A stretch of DNA of 64,000 nucleotides from Blasia pusilla (taxonomy: Eukaryota). The position numbers were made by a program, and so were the translations under genes. Below are positions 50,301-64,000 of this stretch, piece by piece (positions within the stretch are counted from its first letter, which is position 1; the number at the start of each line of letters is the position of its first letter). The stretch lies in NCBI GenBank assembly GCA_050084515.1, contig CM114271.1:5332001-5396000 (forward strand). Reading direction: 5' to 3'. A model generated the notes under the pieces. It did no database searches. It saw nothing but the letters and a program-made list of their open reading frames with translations, and was not told the origin of the DNA.

Positions 50301-51667
50301 AATTCTGCATAAGTGCGAACTTCTCGGACACATTCTACTGGGCACGTGATTTCTGCCTCTGCCTCTCGAGCTTCCTCTGCCTGACCAGACAACAGCCCAA
50401 TCGAAAGTAAATAAAACAATTTGAGAAAACACAAGCCAGTCGATTTTCTGCAACTCACTCCTTAGCAAACTTTCCAACTTAGTGGGAAACCAATCCAGCT
50501 ATCTGCAAGGGCACTGTTCAGAGTTTCGTAAGCATTCCAAAAATGCACTTATTTCTCCAGCATGGGAGGCAAATCACTTGCAATTGGAACTTGTGCATCA
50601 CATCGCAGTGGACCCAATTGGCAGACTTGCTTCGAAAGTAGCTCAATGGCAGAGCAAACTGAATTCATATCAGCCAATTTGGCACTTCAGATCACAACAG
50701 GAGCAAAGATGGACCCAGTGTGACATCTGCTTCCAGAGCGTCCAAATTCAAAATAGAAATTGCAAAGGAAACTAAATTCACTGTCGCTGACTTGGCACAT
50801 CAGATCACAAGAACAAGACCAGTGCTGGAAGTGATTGGACAGAGCTGCTTCTGTAGTGGATCGATTCAGAATTGAACCTGAGGCTTTGCAGAGCGACCGG
50901 AATCCACAATAGCCAAAAATCCCGCACATCAAGCAGAGCAGAGCAGAGCAGAGCAGAGCAGAGCAGAGCAGCAGGGCAGGGCAGGGCAGACAGTGGGACA
51001 ATTGAAAATGGAAGATGCAGAGGGAACTGCATTCACTGCAGCCAAAAAATTCCGCACATGAAGCAGAGCAGAGTAGAGAGAGGGACAATTAAAAATGGGA
51101 CCTGCAGAGGAAACTGAATTCACTGCAGCCAAAATTCCGCACATCAAGCGGAGCACATTAGAGCAGAGCAGAGAGTGGGACAATTGAGAATGGAAGCTGC
51201 AGAGAAAACTGAAATCTCTGCAGCCAAAAACTCGGCACATGGAGCAGAGCAGAGTAGTATAGTTCGGACAGGGGCTAAATTGAAGATGGAACCTGCACAA
51301 GAAACTGAATTAATTGCAGTCCAGAACTACAAATTTGGCATTCCAGATCACGCAAGAATCAACAGCCACCGGTCAATCCACAACGGCAGCTGCATAGACC
51401 CACGACGCAGGGGGACTCAAGGCAGCGAAAATCAACTCCTACTTCTTGGCGTCGCAGACTCTCATTCAAGTGCAGCCTCCGGTCGATTCTCAGGCGCGCG
51501 CTCACCTCCATCCTCCTCCCGCATCCCTGAGCTGCACCATTACCAGCACCCAGGCGAGAAGGAACCCATCCACAGCTCCGGAGCCGCCGGCGATCCAGGC
51601 ATCCACCATAGACTATCTTCGTCGGCTGAGCGGACGGGGGCGCTCTGCGAAGCGCGCAATTCTCCAT
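47382..51667 (-). CDS. Plastid thioredoxin-like protein with CGSC active site (thioredoxin-like 4 / Lilium-type), 6 exons, ~199 aa
   Basis: Exons 51667-51506, 50380-50261, 48616-48539, 48404-48318, 48106-48053 and 47480-47382 are all phase 0 with GT..AG sites. Protein reads CPVECVREV..VVVDFYSSSCGSCKYI..FIKHNVHDEYD..IKTVPMFTFF..FPTRDK. The first (transit peptide) exon is less certain. Confidence 0.88.
50670..51350. repeat. Degenerate intronic tandem repeats (~90-130 bp) with (GAGCA)n microsatellite
   Basis: gccaaaaa..c.gcacat..agcagagc..gggacaatt..aatgg..tgcagag blocks near 50911, 51040, 51127 and 51222; (GAGCA)n at ~50932-50972. Confidence 0.75.
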
Positions 51668-54600
51668 CGCCCGCCTGTACCACGAGCATTCAGTGCCCTC
51701 CTCCTCCAGTCCCCAAATCGAAGGCTTCACTCTTTCTCCGCTCCCAAAAATCAGAGAAATCTGTCGCTCTCATAGAATCTAAACGTCTAATTTTGGTCAT
51801 TCTTAAATCGAAGGATGAAAAATACTTCCCATCCACTCCATTTTCTCCATCCATCCAGAGATTTAAAAATTTAATAAATTGATACATTTAATCTGTGTCC
51901 GGAATTAATTAATGAATCAGACCCAAAATTAATACAACAAAATCATACTATTAAGGCCGTTAGTCCTAACTAAGAAGTTCCCCTATTGCCCGTGAAGTTT
52001 TCATAAATTTCTCCATACTGAAATATATTTTCCCTAATTTGAATAGAATTTTTAAATAATAATCATTTTTTAAAAAAATCCCCAAAACAATTTACCTCAT
52101 TTTCATTTTCTTTCTTTATTTTATAAATTAAAATTATTATTTCAAAATTTAGGAAAAAACTAAAATTTTTTTTTTTTTACTAATCTAGAAATATTGAAGA
52201 CCCTTATCAAATTTGTCCATGAATTCATGAATCTTTTGAATTTTACCATATACTAAGTAGAAACCAAGAATGGGTCAGGTTTTCATAAAAATAAATTATT
52301 TATAATTAACTCAAATTAAAAAAATTTCATCGATGAAATCTTCTAGAGTCTCTTTCATTTTTAAAAATATTTCCTCATTTGAAAATTCCAAATTATTTTC
52401 TCAAGGTTCATGCAAACGAAATGTAAAGTTTAGTTTTGAGGGGAAATTGAATTTTCTTTTGGGAAAAAATGAAAAGGATAATAGGACACTAATGAGACAA
52501 GAATTATTCTTCAAAAGAAAGGAAGACATATTATGTCTATTTTATTTTTGACTTTCAAGTTAGATTGGGGAAAAAACTTAATCCCTCTTTCGGGAAAAAA
52601 ATTCATCAAAAAAAATTATTTTCTTTTATTTCTTGAAAGATGAGGATTGGAAAAGGGATAAATTATTTTTTCAAAATTGATAAAGGAAAGTCTATGAAAA
52701 ATTGTCTTGAGCCAAGTTAGATGTATTGTAAGAAAATGCAATCTTTCTTATTTTTTGTCATCTTTTAAAAAATTAAATTTTATTCATAATGTATCTTCTA
52801 ATTTCACATTATCATCCTCCATATGTGACTTTTTTCATTCCCAATCATCTCACCCAGAATCATCTAATGTTTTGTACGAGCAAGAAACTACTAGTTGTTT
52901 TTAAGACAAGTTTGATGACCAGTGTCAAATGGAGGAATGGCTTCATAAAACTGCATCCTCCAATCCACATATAAATGTGTGGATTTACATTATCTTCCAA
53001 AAATAGTTTTAAAAAGACAAATGGTCCAACTAAAAAAGTGTTAGGAGAGGAGCTTGTGAAATGAACGGGCATTCTCCATAATGTTAATAGTATACAACCC
53101 GTGGGAATGAAAAGATCAATTACATTCACATAAATTCATTTTTTTTTTATTGCCCGTATTATAAAATTTTTTTTTTCAATGTCAAACAAATATGTAATTG
53201 CAAATAAAAAAGGCACTCTCCAATAATAATATGAAGATCACATTATGAGATCATTAGAGGCGACGGCGTGGATAAACAAGGGATTCTCCACTACTCTCAA
53301 ATCTGATACATGACCCATGAGTAGTATGAGCATACCCCTAGTGGTGGTCCATCCAAAAAGGTCAAACCTACCATAAATCATATTTCAAATATATAACATA
53401 TAGTTTTTGATTTTCAAACTCTTCCTTTGATGTATGATAATGGAACATTAAAAGATGGATTCCACAATATAGACATCATGGCTATTATCTCCCTAGGTAG
53501 GTTCTTTAGTATGAAAGATGACATTACTACACGAAAGCTTCTTGACGTGGAATAACCTCTTTACTTTACATGAAAATTAACACAAACGGATTCCACACCA
53601 TCAGGCAAAAAGAAAATTACTAGCACATATTTGTTAGATTATAAAATGGCAATTTTATAAACTAGTACACAATGCATGGAATATAAATTAGTAAATAAAG
53701 TACAAAAACTTTCTTCATCAATATGCATCTTCCTCACATGCAACCAAGCTCTCCAATTTCCGCATATCATAAAACCAAAGTGTTTAAAAAGTGCAGATCC
53801 ATCAATAATAGTCTCTAATAATAATATAAAATATATGTATGACTAAGAATGGTCCTCACCTTTGAAGGGAGACTAAAACATACATAAGATGGGAACATAC
53901 ATGTGATCAAGCTAAATGACTCTAATTTAGCACAAACAGAAAGATACCATAAAAAAAATCCCCATGACGAATTACAAGAGAAGGACAACCCTATGCGTAA
54001 GTAACCTCCGAGAAATGTTGAATGACAAATTGGATGATCAACTCTAATCAATTGGGAACTTGCTAAGTAGAACTACGAGATAAACCTTTTCTTGGGATCA
54101 ATCACACAAGTGTGTCTGTCTCTCCCATAAAAGAGATGGAATGGACCTCAAATGCGGGTTAGCCCTATTACATATTCGCTCACATGACAACTCAAGCCTT
54201 GTAAACTTGCCTTCCAAATCTCGTGAAAGAGCCCATCTTTAAAAGGCTGACATGCTGTTCTTTGTGAAACTCAACAACTAGCACCAAACCTTCGCCACTA
54301 ATGAGTAGATGGGAGACATGATTCACCAAGCGAGGATGGCCAAGGCAACTAAATAAGTGTGCCTCTCGACAACACCATTCCAAACTCATACCTAAAAGAT
54401 ACTCTCCCTATTCCAGCCACTACTAGAGGTATCCATGAACTAAAGTGCCTTGCTGCCATCCACCACAACCCATTGATTCCTTCTAATACAATTCCTCGAT
54501 AGTTTTTGGCATAGCTAGTAGAAGTGAAATGAACTACCCAAAGCCAGAGACCACCTCTACAAAGAAAAAAAAAAGCCCAACTAACGTGAGGTTTGCTGGA

Positions 54601-54791
54601 GAATTGGGAGCCCCCAACTCAATATTGAAATATCAGGAATGCTCATGGAGAGAAACTCCGCAACCAGAATCAACAGAATACTTCCTATCTTGATAGATCA
54701 AATGATAACTTGCTGTCATTGAGGTGATAAGAAAACCTCTAGAATCAGACCTCTACAGACAAGTCTGAGCTTCAACTTCCATTGTGTCCAA

Positions 54792-57700
54792 CTACACACA
54801 AGTCCAATGTCTGAACCTGCAAATCCCCCTACGGTTCTCTTCGAAGCAGTCCCGGACAGATTTTAACATCATGCTGACAGCTGGAACAGCGCAGAATTCC
54901 TCCGAACGTTCCTGCACCCGGCCGAAGTAGAATTCCTCATTATTCAGAAAGATGCATTGTCTTTAGTAACTGAACTCGAAGCTTGGTAGCTGACTAGCAT
55001 ATTAGAACCACTTTCAGCATTTGAAGTCATGTTGGAAATTAATTAGTACAGCAAAACAAATCAGCAGATTGCTGATTGATAGTAGTCGATCTAAACATTG
55101 ATCACACGGATCAACCCAAACGGACGATCTAGATTAGATTAGGATCAATGTTCTGCTTATGACCATTGATTACTACTAGTAACATTTCATCTTGCGAAAC
55201 GATACATAGCTATGAGACATTTCTGAAGTGACACAGTTACCGTCACGTCTTTTGATTACGGCTCTTAGTTTAGCGCAGACTTTACTACTTATGTATCGGC
55301 TTTCAATCTATCAATACAGACAGAGAACACAGAGAGTACAAAACGCATTTTTCAATTCATTCCGCAATTCTCACAGTCATGGTGTATGCAGAAGCAGGTA
55401 GAGATTCTGGAAGACTTTGAAGACACCAAAAGCTTCAACACTTGCAACATGACATCGAGTCAAGAATGTAAGAAAGATAGGGAACACTTACTAGCTCAGA
55501 TAGCCTCTCTTCCATGCCACCAGCGTGTATGTCACTGTTCATGAATAATTTTTGGTAGGCTTTACGAATACTGCGCACCTGCCAAAGAAAACGAGTGTCT
55601 TTCATTAGTGTTGGAGATCTCTGGCGGGTGCTTCATAATATTATCCATTTCTCTCCAGCATGAAATTCGTGGATTTTGTCCTGGAAAAGTTTGTGGCTTT
55701 ATTAAAAGTAAATGATCTGTCACACCTCAAGGTCTGAAAACCCGCAGCGTCGCATGCCCTCAAGATTCAGACCCCGCAGCTCTGCTCTATCCCCGGCCAC
55801 CATCATGAACATGGGAACATCTCGATCCACCTGTTATTTGGCGTGTCAGAAACAAATCAATCCTAGGGCAAGGCTCTGAGTAAATAAAGAGACTCACAAC
55901 ATTGCATGAAGCCAACAAAGTAAGTGAATTAATGAATTGGCTTGTAATCCACAGCTATGCAAGAGACTTACAGGACCTCTTCTATGTGTCTACCCCTGCA
56001 TTATATCCGACCCAAACTGCATATCTCAGGCTTCAAGATTTGGACTCTTAATGAATGAGTTTTGTTTAAAAAGTATCCTCTACTCTGGGGCAGCAACTGA
56101 CCCTTAATTTTAGTGGTGGTTATAGAAGTAATGACTTCCTTGGGATGATGTTTCAGAAATGCCATTTACACGGTACTGCCCTCTACCCCCCGATCTTGAG
56201 AGTGAATGACACACACCAAAAGACAACATCCAATTATGGTGTTGCAGACGTTTCCATTTCAAGAGGAGATGTAAGGAAAATTGACGCTAATTCCATATGA
56301 GCAGCACTTTTCAATATGTTCAAAAGTATCTAGCTTCACCCAACAATGGTATGCAAGTGCAGACCATGACAAGTAAACAAAATACTCCAAATCGAGATGA
56401 CTTGCACACTCACCATAGAACCTCCAGCAAGAAAAGAATAAGAGCCTATATGGCAATATTGGTGCACTGCAACTGCACCACCTGTGTGCACTAAATCCTG
56501 CCATATTCTTCCATCAGTATCGTAAAAAGTAAAAAGTAATTGTCGATATAATCAAATTCAACAGTCCGACTTGAGGAATGATAATCGGTCAAGTACAAAA
56601 GTTGGAGCCATGACCTCTCACAGTGTCTACTGGATGATCTTTGTAGTCAAGACAAATAGCATCACATACAGCAAATGAGGGTGAAACATGGGTTCACAGG
56701 CGGGCAGAGGGCTATATACCTCAACCACCACATGGCCACCAAGTAAGGTTCCATTGGCAAAGATATTGCGATTGCCAATCTTACAATCATGTGCAATGTG
56801 GCAAGAACCCATGACCAGATTATCATTTCCCAACACCTGCATCATGGTCCAGGATTCAACAGGATATAATTCAATCCCAAGTATGATGTAACAGATCAGA
56901 GGTTCACTAGACACTCCATATAAGAATCCCTACTTTCCATCACGTCTAGTTCACAGACCACATCAGTGCTGATACATGGCTCAGGTAAACGAAGGAGGAT
57001 AACCAACCGTTATGTCATCTGGCTTGGATGATCGGTGAATACTGGCAAACTCTCTGATGTCATTGTTGTTTCCAATGTGCAGAGAACACTCATCACCTTC
57101 CTGTATCACCAGGAATCTAGACACTGCTTAATGAAAATATTTCTCCAAAAGCTCCTTGATTCACATAAAGTATCATAATCAACCACAAAATTGATGGCAT
57201 CAGTCATGATACTGATTGACGGGACCACATCTAAACCAGCATCTGAAAGGTAACATTAGCAGGGCCTCCTTGAAGTACCTTGTACTTCATATCCTGACAC
57301 TTGACACCCACCACAGCATGGCAACCAATCGTGTTATTGTCCCCAATAATAGTATGCCCGGGAATATCTGCACCAACTACTGCACCACTATCGGAACAAC
57401 ACCTTCTTTTGTTAGAGGCACAGCATACAAGACAAACATAAAATGGACAACCCGACTTTCTTGGAGTGAAATTCCTGATCAAGGATGGAGGTGAGAGATG
57501 GCTGCTGCAACACGGATAGCTTCTCGATACTCTCTCCAACTTTGGCATGACTATATGTAAGCCAATCTCAACACTTTAGGACTGTGACAAGGAAGAACAC
57601 CATGAGTGGTTGTCTCCAGTGTGAAATCTGCGTGAACCGTGAATCCCTTCCCTAGTTGTGACAAGTACTTCTGTTCAGATACATATATACAGCACTGGAA

Positions 57701-59185
57701 TAACCATGATGCCAGAGGAGAATACTCACGTGAAGAGGACACATTGTTCGCCCAACTGCGTGTCACCAGAAATGTGGCTACCTGGATGCAGTTTACAGCC
57801 ATTGCCAAGTTTCACCATCTGCCCAACTGTACAAAACGCACCTATTTCCACTCCCTGCAACCAGAGACCATCAGAGTGAGACTCCTGAGAAAAGATTAAA
57901 AACAAAAGAAAGTGACATGACGCATCCAAATCATGAACAATATGCCCTAGCAAAGGTTGTAAGAAGTAAACTTTCTATTGACATTGTAAGAAACTTGTGC
58001 TGGATCAGTTAAAATCACCTCCCCAATAATGGCATCTGGATGCACGACAGCAGTTGAATGAATAACCCTCGAGTCAGATATCGCACTAGTCACAGGACGA
58101 GTCAAGAAGTTTCCAGCTATGGAACCATCCGATCTCAGACTCTTGGTTCTGACTTTCTCAACTGGTGCTACTTCCTTGTTACTCAACTCCGGATCTGAAA
58201 CACAAGTTGGGCACTCAAAATTCAGCTCACGAATGGAGAACCAGGCAAAGATGGCGACACCTTGATGGGAGCTGTAACAACTTCAGATTTGTGTCACTGA
58301 CCTGCACTGGCATTTACTCTTTGTCTTGTCGCTATATTGGAGAAGAGAACATCTTTGCCTCTCATGTTAACTATCGTCCCATTGAATCTCAATGCTCTGG
58401 AGCAAGGGCCTTCCTGACTTCAACACATTGCAATACATTCCACATTATTTCATATCAGGCCAAATCACCACTCCCCTTCAACCAAACAACCCAGCAATAT
58501 TCTACCTCCCACTCTGACGAAATGGTCCAGGAAACTGCCTCACGAGCTCCGAAGGAATGCAACTTAACCACTGAAGAAGCAAATGCAGTTTGAGCTCACG
58601 ACGTAACAGTAGACCCTACTAATCTTCTCAGCGGCAACTGCCCTGAATTTGTCAAGAGGAGAAAACCCTGGAGTGCTTTTTGAGACTGGATTCTGGATGG
58701 AGCTCACGAAGTCACTGGAGACTACTAATTCACTAAACTCACCCATCGCTCTACATTCGATAAGAGGAGGACAAAGCCCAAGACTTCACCTAAGAAAAAA
58801 ATGCAGTTTGAGACCACGGTGTAACGGAAGACTCTACTAATTCCTCATCAGGAACAGGCCTGAATTCGTCAAGAGTGCTTTGTGAGACTAGATGGAACTC
58901 ACGCTCTCATGAGCACCAGGAGGTCACCAAGTCACTGGAGACTACAAATCTCCTCAGCCATCAATGCATTAAAAAACAAGGGGGAAAACCCCCGAAGCAA
59001 TTCGCGAGACCAATTCAGGGGTTTCAAGATAGAAAGAAGGATTGAATGACGGATGCACGTACCTGGTTGTTGTCAATCCATCCAGCCCCAGCTCGTTTCC
59101 TGCTGTCCAGCAACCTAACGCAAGCACAAGACGACGATGGCACGATAGCCATCATTCTCGCCCTCACCACCAGAGCGCACGCCAT
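54792..59185 (-). CDS. LPXA: UDP-N-acetylglucosamine O-acyltransferase (LpxA), plant organellar form, 11 exons, ~416 aa
   Basis: Exons 59185-59063, 58413-58302, 58194-58019, 57854-57730, 57387-57279, 57100-57008, 56836-56720, 56497-56414, 55830-55726, 55578-55492 and 54911-54792 join in frame (1251 nt). Hexapeptide repeats, [27 protein letters not shown] (catalytic His), [25 protein letters not shown]. Confidence 0.94.
58575..58960. repeat. Two diverged copies of a ~170-bp segment in LPXA intron 1
   Basis: aatgcagtttgag..cacg..gtaac..agac.ctactaat..ctca..cctgaatt.gtcaagag..gtgcttt.tgagact..aagtcactggagactac occurs at ~58580-58730 and ~58800-58950. Confidence 0.7.
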
Positions 59186-60948
59186 GATGAACAACTCACC
59201 TCCCCTCTCACGAATTCCTCCTCTTTTCACTCAGCACCAGAGACCAGTTTTGCTACAGCCATACCCCAAAACGGCACTCTCATTGTCTCTCATGCTTCAC
59301 AGACGACAGCAGCATCGCACTCCACTCCGTGCTTTGCATCTCCGGACTGCGAAAATCCCCAGAATTTCAAAAGCTGCTTCTGCACCATCATCCAACGATT
59401 CAATTCAACCAACCAGAGTTGGCACCCACACACCCACAAAGCAAAGACAGATTGGAATTGCCATAAACCCACCTACAGACACATAGACACAAAGGGAGAA
59501 TGGCGTGTCAAAGGTGGTCCCATGGTTCAATCTGGTCCCATAAACGAACTCTTGTGCTATGTCGGTTTTAAATTGTTTCACACTTTCCAAATGAAAGTCC
59601 CATGGCCTTATTGGCTCCTTCCAGAAAAACAAAAATCATATTCTCTTTTTTGTCCTCAACCGGTAGATGACCAAAAGGATCTCTCAAAGAGGCCCCTCTC
59701 GTTCAACTTTCCCCAAGGATAACATGGGCCAATCTTGACCCATGGGCGATGACATCCCCTACATAGGACATAGATGGTCCATGTTCGAGAGGGAGTATGT
59801 TTTATATGCCTTGATTATGCTCCAAGGTCAAGAATTTGGATAAAAAAGTTCCGGGTATTCACTCAAAACCCAAATCTCCTATGACATATGTGATGTCAAT
59901 TTAGCATATGTGGAGGGGGTCCCTTTGGTCAATTAAGCTTCCCGTGGATTAAAATTCAATTTTTCTTCTTCTTTTCTTTTTTGTTTGTTTGTAAGTAGTA
60001 GGATTGTTCAAAATGCCCAAGTTTAGGGAACCTTTTATCCCCATTTGGTCCAAACATATGTGATCTTCTTTTAGTGTATTTCATATATATATATATATAA
60101 AGAATCATTTAAAAAATGATATCAAATTGAAGAATGATACAATTGTTGGGCCACGGAAAACTTTTATAATCCCAACAAAATACCTCCTTAGTTACCCAAT
60201 TTAGATTTACCATGAATAATTGTGTAAGTCATCATCGACCACTTTAAACCATCCCCTCGTGCCTATTCATCCTTAGGTTAGGTCAAGGAGGGTAAGAGTC
60301 AAGATATGCAAGAAGGAGTACTTGGGCACAATTGAGGGCATGAGACCAAATCCGAACTCACGACTAGTTTATGAGCAAAGGAGTCGTCTTGCATGTTAGC
60401 TAGGGGAACATAAACCTTTTCTTCTTTCTTCCAAGGAGAATCCCAAAAGGAGGGGTCAAGGTTAACTAAATTGACTTCGAGTTAGAGAGTCCGAGGATGA
60501 ATAGGTGCAAGGAACCACCCTAATAGGGCTATTCAAATTGACACCACAGGACAAGATGGCAAATGCCACAAGCCAAAGTTACGTTTAAGCTTATTCATCC
60601 TCTTGTTTTCTAACCCTTGGTTGAGTTAGTTGTATCATAGGTTCCAGATTAATCTTACTATGCATTGCCATGTAGGAGAACAAAAATCTACATGAGTTTT
60701 CATTTGTACTTTATGCTAATTATAGTAATTCCAATCAATTTGAGAGAAGTAGAAATGCAAGCAGGTGGGTCCAAAATAAGACAGAAATAAACTTGTCTCA
60801 AACAAGTAGATTGCGAAAGCCGTAAACATCCGACAGTAGGCATTTATTGCATGCAAGGGAAACTTGAGGACGGATAGCCTAGCCTTCTGGAAGGGCAAAA
60901 AGATATGCTTGCAACGGGGCTTGAACCTGACTCACCTTGCTTGCACCT

Positions 60949-62143
60949 TGTCACGTCTTTTAGGATAGATCGGTGAGATCTAGTAAAGCGCCTTTGCGAG
61001 TAGTGGAGGACGGGCTCAAGAGGTTGAGGATGATCTGTTGAGGCCCCGAGAAACTTGAGAGAGCAGGTTTCCCCTTCGTTTCGGCTCATTTGGAGCAATA
61101 TTTAGGAACATACTATTTTAGGTAAGTACCATTTTGAGTCTATGGTCAAGTTTCTTTTTTTGGAAGTGGCCCTTGACCTCCTACATGAGGTCAAGAGTCA
61201 AGGAGGTGACTTGGGAGCATAGGTTACCATGGAGAGAGCTTGGGAGAGGGGAGGGGTATACCTCAAGGAGAGAGAGCTTGAGAGCTCATTCTCTCTTTGT
61301 TGAACCTCTTGGAACAAGGCGGCGGAGCTATGGTCCCTTGCCTTGTGAGTGTAATCCAAGCCTCTCACTAGGAGAGTGGGTTTGGTTTGAGATTGAGAGA
61401 GACATGTAAGAGTGCACACATGTGAGAGCTATGGTGTTGTGAGAGAGATTTGACCTTATTTTACAAAGAGAGAATGAGAGAGTGAGAGAGTGAGAGAGCT
61501 TCAATGGAGGAGCTCGCTGGTCACTCGCTGTTTGTGCAGGTTGGGGACCTTGTTCCTCGTTGAGCGGTTCATGGGAGTGCTCACCGGAGCAAGAGCCGCT
61601 CAATTTTGCTGACTCTTTTCCTGATTTTTCATACGGGAGAGTGGCACTCGCAAGCGCTGCCCAATTTGTGTTAGAAATTTAGTATGGGGGCGGATTGCCC
61701 CATGCCAATACTCTCGGGAGCACCAAATAGCACGTTGGTTTCTAATTTTACAGGTCTGACGTTTTGTGTGGAAGAAAATAGCACGGAAGCGCTGCCAATT
61801 TTGTCGTAGGAGTGCAGATTTGAAGGGTTGCATCATAGTTCCCGTCAGTTTTTGTGGGAAAGTCGAATGAAAAAAAAAAATTCTCGTATATCTCAAAGCT
61901 CTGGACGTTGTGGAAGAAACGGTGCACGATTCTGAGCTGTGACCAAAATTTCCATTGCTAGGGATTTTTTAGGGTAAAATTGTTCAAACGAGTGTTCAAA
62001 CCCTAAACTAGCCGTCGCGCCGGCGGCGGCGGTCGCCATCATAGTCACCATCAACGCTCAAGCGTCCGCCATCAACACTCCATCATCGCCGTCCGTCGTC
62101 GGCGATTGCCGCCGCCTAGCGCCGCTCAGAGCCGTGTTCAGCC
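60949..62143 (+). mobile_element. 5' end (repeat A plus leader) of a diverged member of the same PHD-gypsy family, interrupted at 62143
   Basis: Starts TGTCACG at 60949, aligns to the reverse complement of 19476 downward, and keeps the self-complementary pair 61285-61300 / 61463-61478. Confidence 0.88.
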
Positions 62144-64000
62144 TATCACGACTGTTAGGATAGATCGGTGGGATCTAGCAGAGCGTCTTCATAAGTAGTG
62201 GAGGACAGGCCCAAGAGGTCGAGAATGATCTGTTGAGGCCCCGGGAAACCTGAGAGAGCAGGTTTCCCCTTTGTTTCGGCTCATTTAGAGCCATATAGAG
62301 AAACTTGCTATTTCGCGTAAGTTTCCATGTTGGGGATAGTTGACTTTCTATTTTTGGTAAGTGGCCCTTGACCTCCTACATCAGGTCAAGAGCCAAGGAG
62401 GTGACTTGGGAGCATAGGTTACTATGGAGAGAGCTTGGAAGAGGGGAGGGGTATACCTCAAGGAGAGAGAGCTTGAGAACTCATTCTCTCTTTGTTGAAC
62501 CTCTTGGCATGAGGTGACAGAGTTATGGTCCCTTGCCTTGTGAGTGTAACCCAAGCCTCTCATTAGGAGAGTGGGTTTGGTTTGACATGAGAGAGAGAGA
62601 GAGAGTGCACATCTTTGAGAGCTATGGTGTGAGATGGTGTAGAGAGAGATTGGATCTTACTTTACAAAGAGAGAATGAGAGAGTGAGAGAGCTTCATGGG
62701 GGAGCTCGCTGGTCACTCGCTGTTTTTGCAGGTTGGGGACCGTATTCCTCGTTCAACGGCTCATGGGAGTGCTCACGGGAGCAAGGGCTGCTTCGATTGT
62801 TCTTTGCATTTGCCGATTTTTTGTGTGGAAGAGTGGCGCACGGAAGCGCTGCCCAATTTTTGATAGGGATTGAGTATGGGGGCGGGTTGCCCCATGCCGG
62901 TGCTCTCGGGAGCACCATGTAGCTTGCTGATTTATATTTTTATAGGTTTTACATTTTTGTTGGGAGAAATCAGCGTGGAAGCGCTGCCAAATTTTATGTA
63001 GGAGAAAGAGACATTGGGATTTACAACAATCCCTGTCAGTTTTTACTGAAATGTTTGATTATAAATATTTTTTGATGCTGTTGTAGATCGTGAAACTAGG
63101 CACGTTGTGCAACAAATAGTGCGCAATTTGGAGTTGCGAGAAAAAAGTTATGGTCAATCTTGCAAAATTGCTATTGCTAGGCGATTTTTAGGGTTAAATT
63201 GTTCAAATCCTAAACCAGCCGCTACGCCGGCGGCGGCCGTCGCCATCATAGTCACCGTCAACGATCCATTTTCAACGGTCAACCGTCACCATCATAGTCA
63301 CCGTCAACGATCCATTTTCAACGGTCAACCGTCACCATCAATGGTCAACCTTCAGTTGTCCACCGTTTGGTTGCCATTGCCGCCATTACGGAGTGGAGGG
63401 TCTTCCATGACGTTCGTTGATTCTCTAACTTGCGTCGCCAGTACGTACTTTGTTTTGGCCGCCACCGTCATCGCAGTTTCATCATCAACCAGTGATGGCA
63501 GATGACCTTTGGTTATGGTGTTTGAGTTTTGATTTCATGCTGCTATGTTGTGATTGGTAGCCGCTCGACGACGATTGAGTATCGTGCCGTGACGCTCGTA
63601 GCCGCAACGCACCGCCGATTGCCGCGCCGTGCCGCTTGTGGCCGCACCGCACCTTCTCGATCGCAGAGCCGCACCGTCATTGTGGAGCAGAGTGTGGGTT
63701 TATTGTTGATTGAGAAGGGTATGCCGCCGAGTGCCGCATCCCACCATCGAGGGTCGTGCCGTTTGTAGCCGTTCCGTGCTGCCTACAACGCCGCACCGTT
63801 CCGCTGGGACCGCTCTGTCTATCGAGGAGTTTTGAGCAGCGTCACTACGGGAGGAGTATGACTTTCTGATTGGAGGAGTTGTCTCCACGACCGAGTTGGG
63901 GTCGAGATTTGCAATTGCTGAGGAGCGACATCGACATGTGTTCAGGTTACCCATTATGGTCCTTTACCTTGCACGTGTGAGGGAATCTGGGATTTGGGTA
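62144..64000 (+). mobile_element. 5' end (repeat A plus long leader) of a second family member, running out of the window
   Basis: Starts TATCACGACTG (TG mutated to TA) at 62144 and is collinear with the reverse complement of 19476 to ~17660. Self-complementary pair at 62480-62495 / 62664-62679. Confidence 0.92.

Noticed and set aside
51175-51882. 235-aa plus-strand ORF
   Set aside because: GTG start, antisense to the GC-rich first exon of the thioredoxin gene, no domain; probably a shadow ORF.
58564-58746. Extra LPXA exon
   Set aside because: The best acceptor is out of phase with exon 1, the segment is one of two intronic duplicates, and 58413-58302 already bridges the frames.
59042-59722. 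226-aa plus-strand ORF
   Set aside because: Non-ATG start, antisense to LPXA exon 1 and its leader, no recognisable homology.

Overview
Eukaryotic nuclear DNA from a land plant. A bryophyte or other non-seed plant is inferred from gene content and TE types, but the organism was not identified. Four intact multi-exon genes can be spliced by hand: an NPR1-family salicylic-acid receptor/co-regulator (minus, 1059-4938), a GT47 clade-A xyloglucan glycosyltransferase (plus, 44256-46345), a CGSC-motif plastid thioredoxin-like protein (minus, 47382-51667) and a plant LpxA (minus, 54792-59185). Between them lies TE-rich DNA with two decayed Helitrons, a 97-bp fold-back hairpin and several tandem repeats. 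The most unusual object is a Ty3/gypsy-type retroelement (11759-19476, minus; two more 5' ends at 60949 and 62144). It has a DDE integrase with a C-terminal PHD finger but lacks ordinary paired LTRs. Its layout is A-internal-B-(AC)-A-B, with a self-priming site at the end of A, a PPT-like tract before B, and abutted integrase ends (GACA-AC-TGTC) inside the 3' repeat. This is the layout expected if a 2-LTR circle were integrated through an att junction inside the LTR (inference). All coordinates and identities were read by eye.
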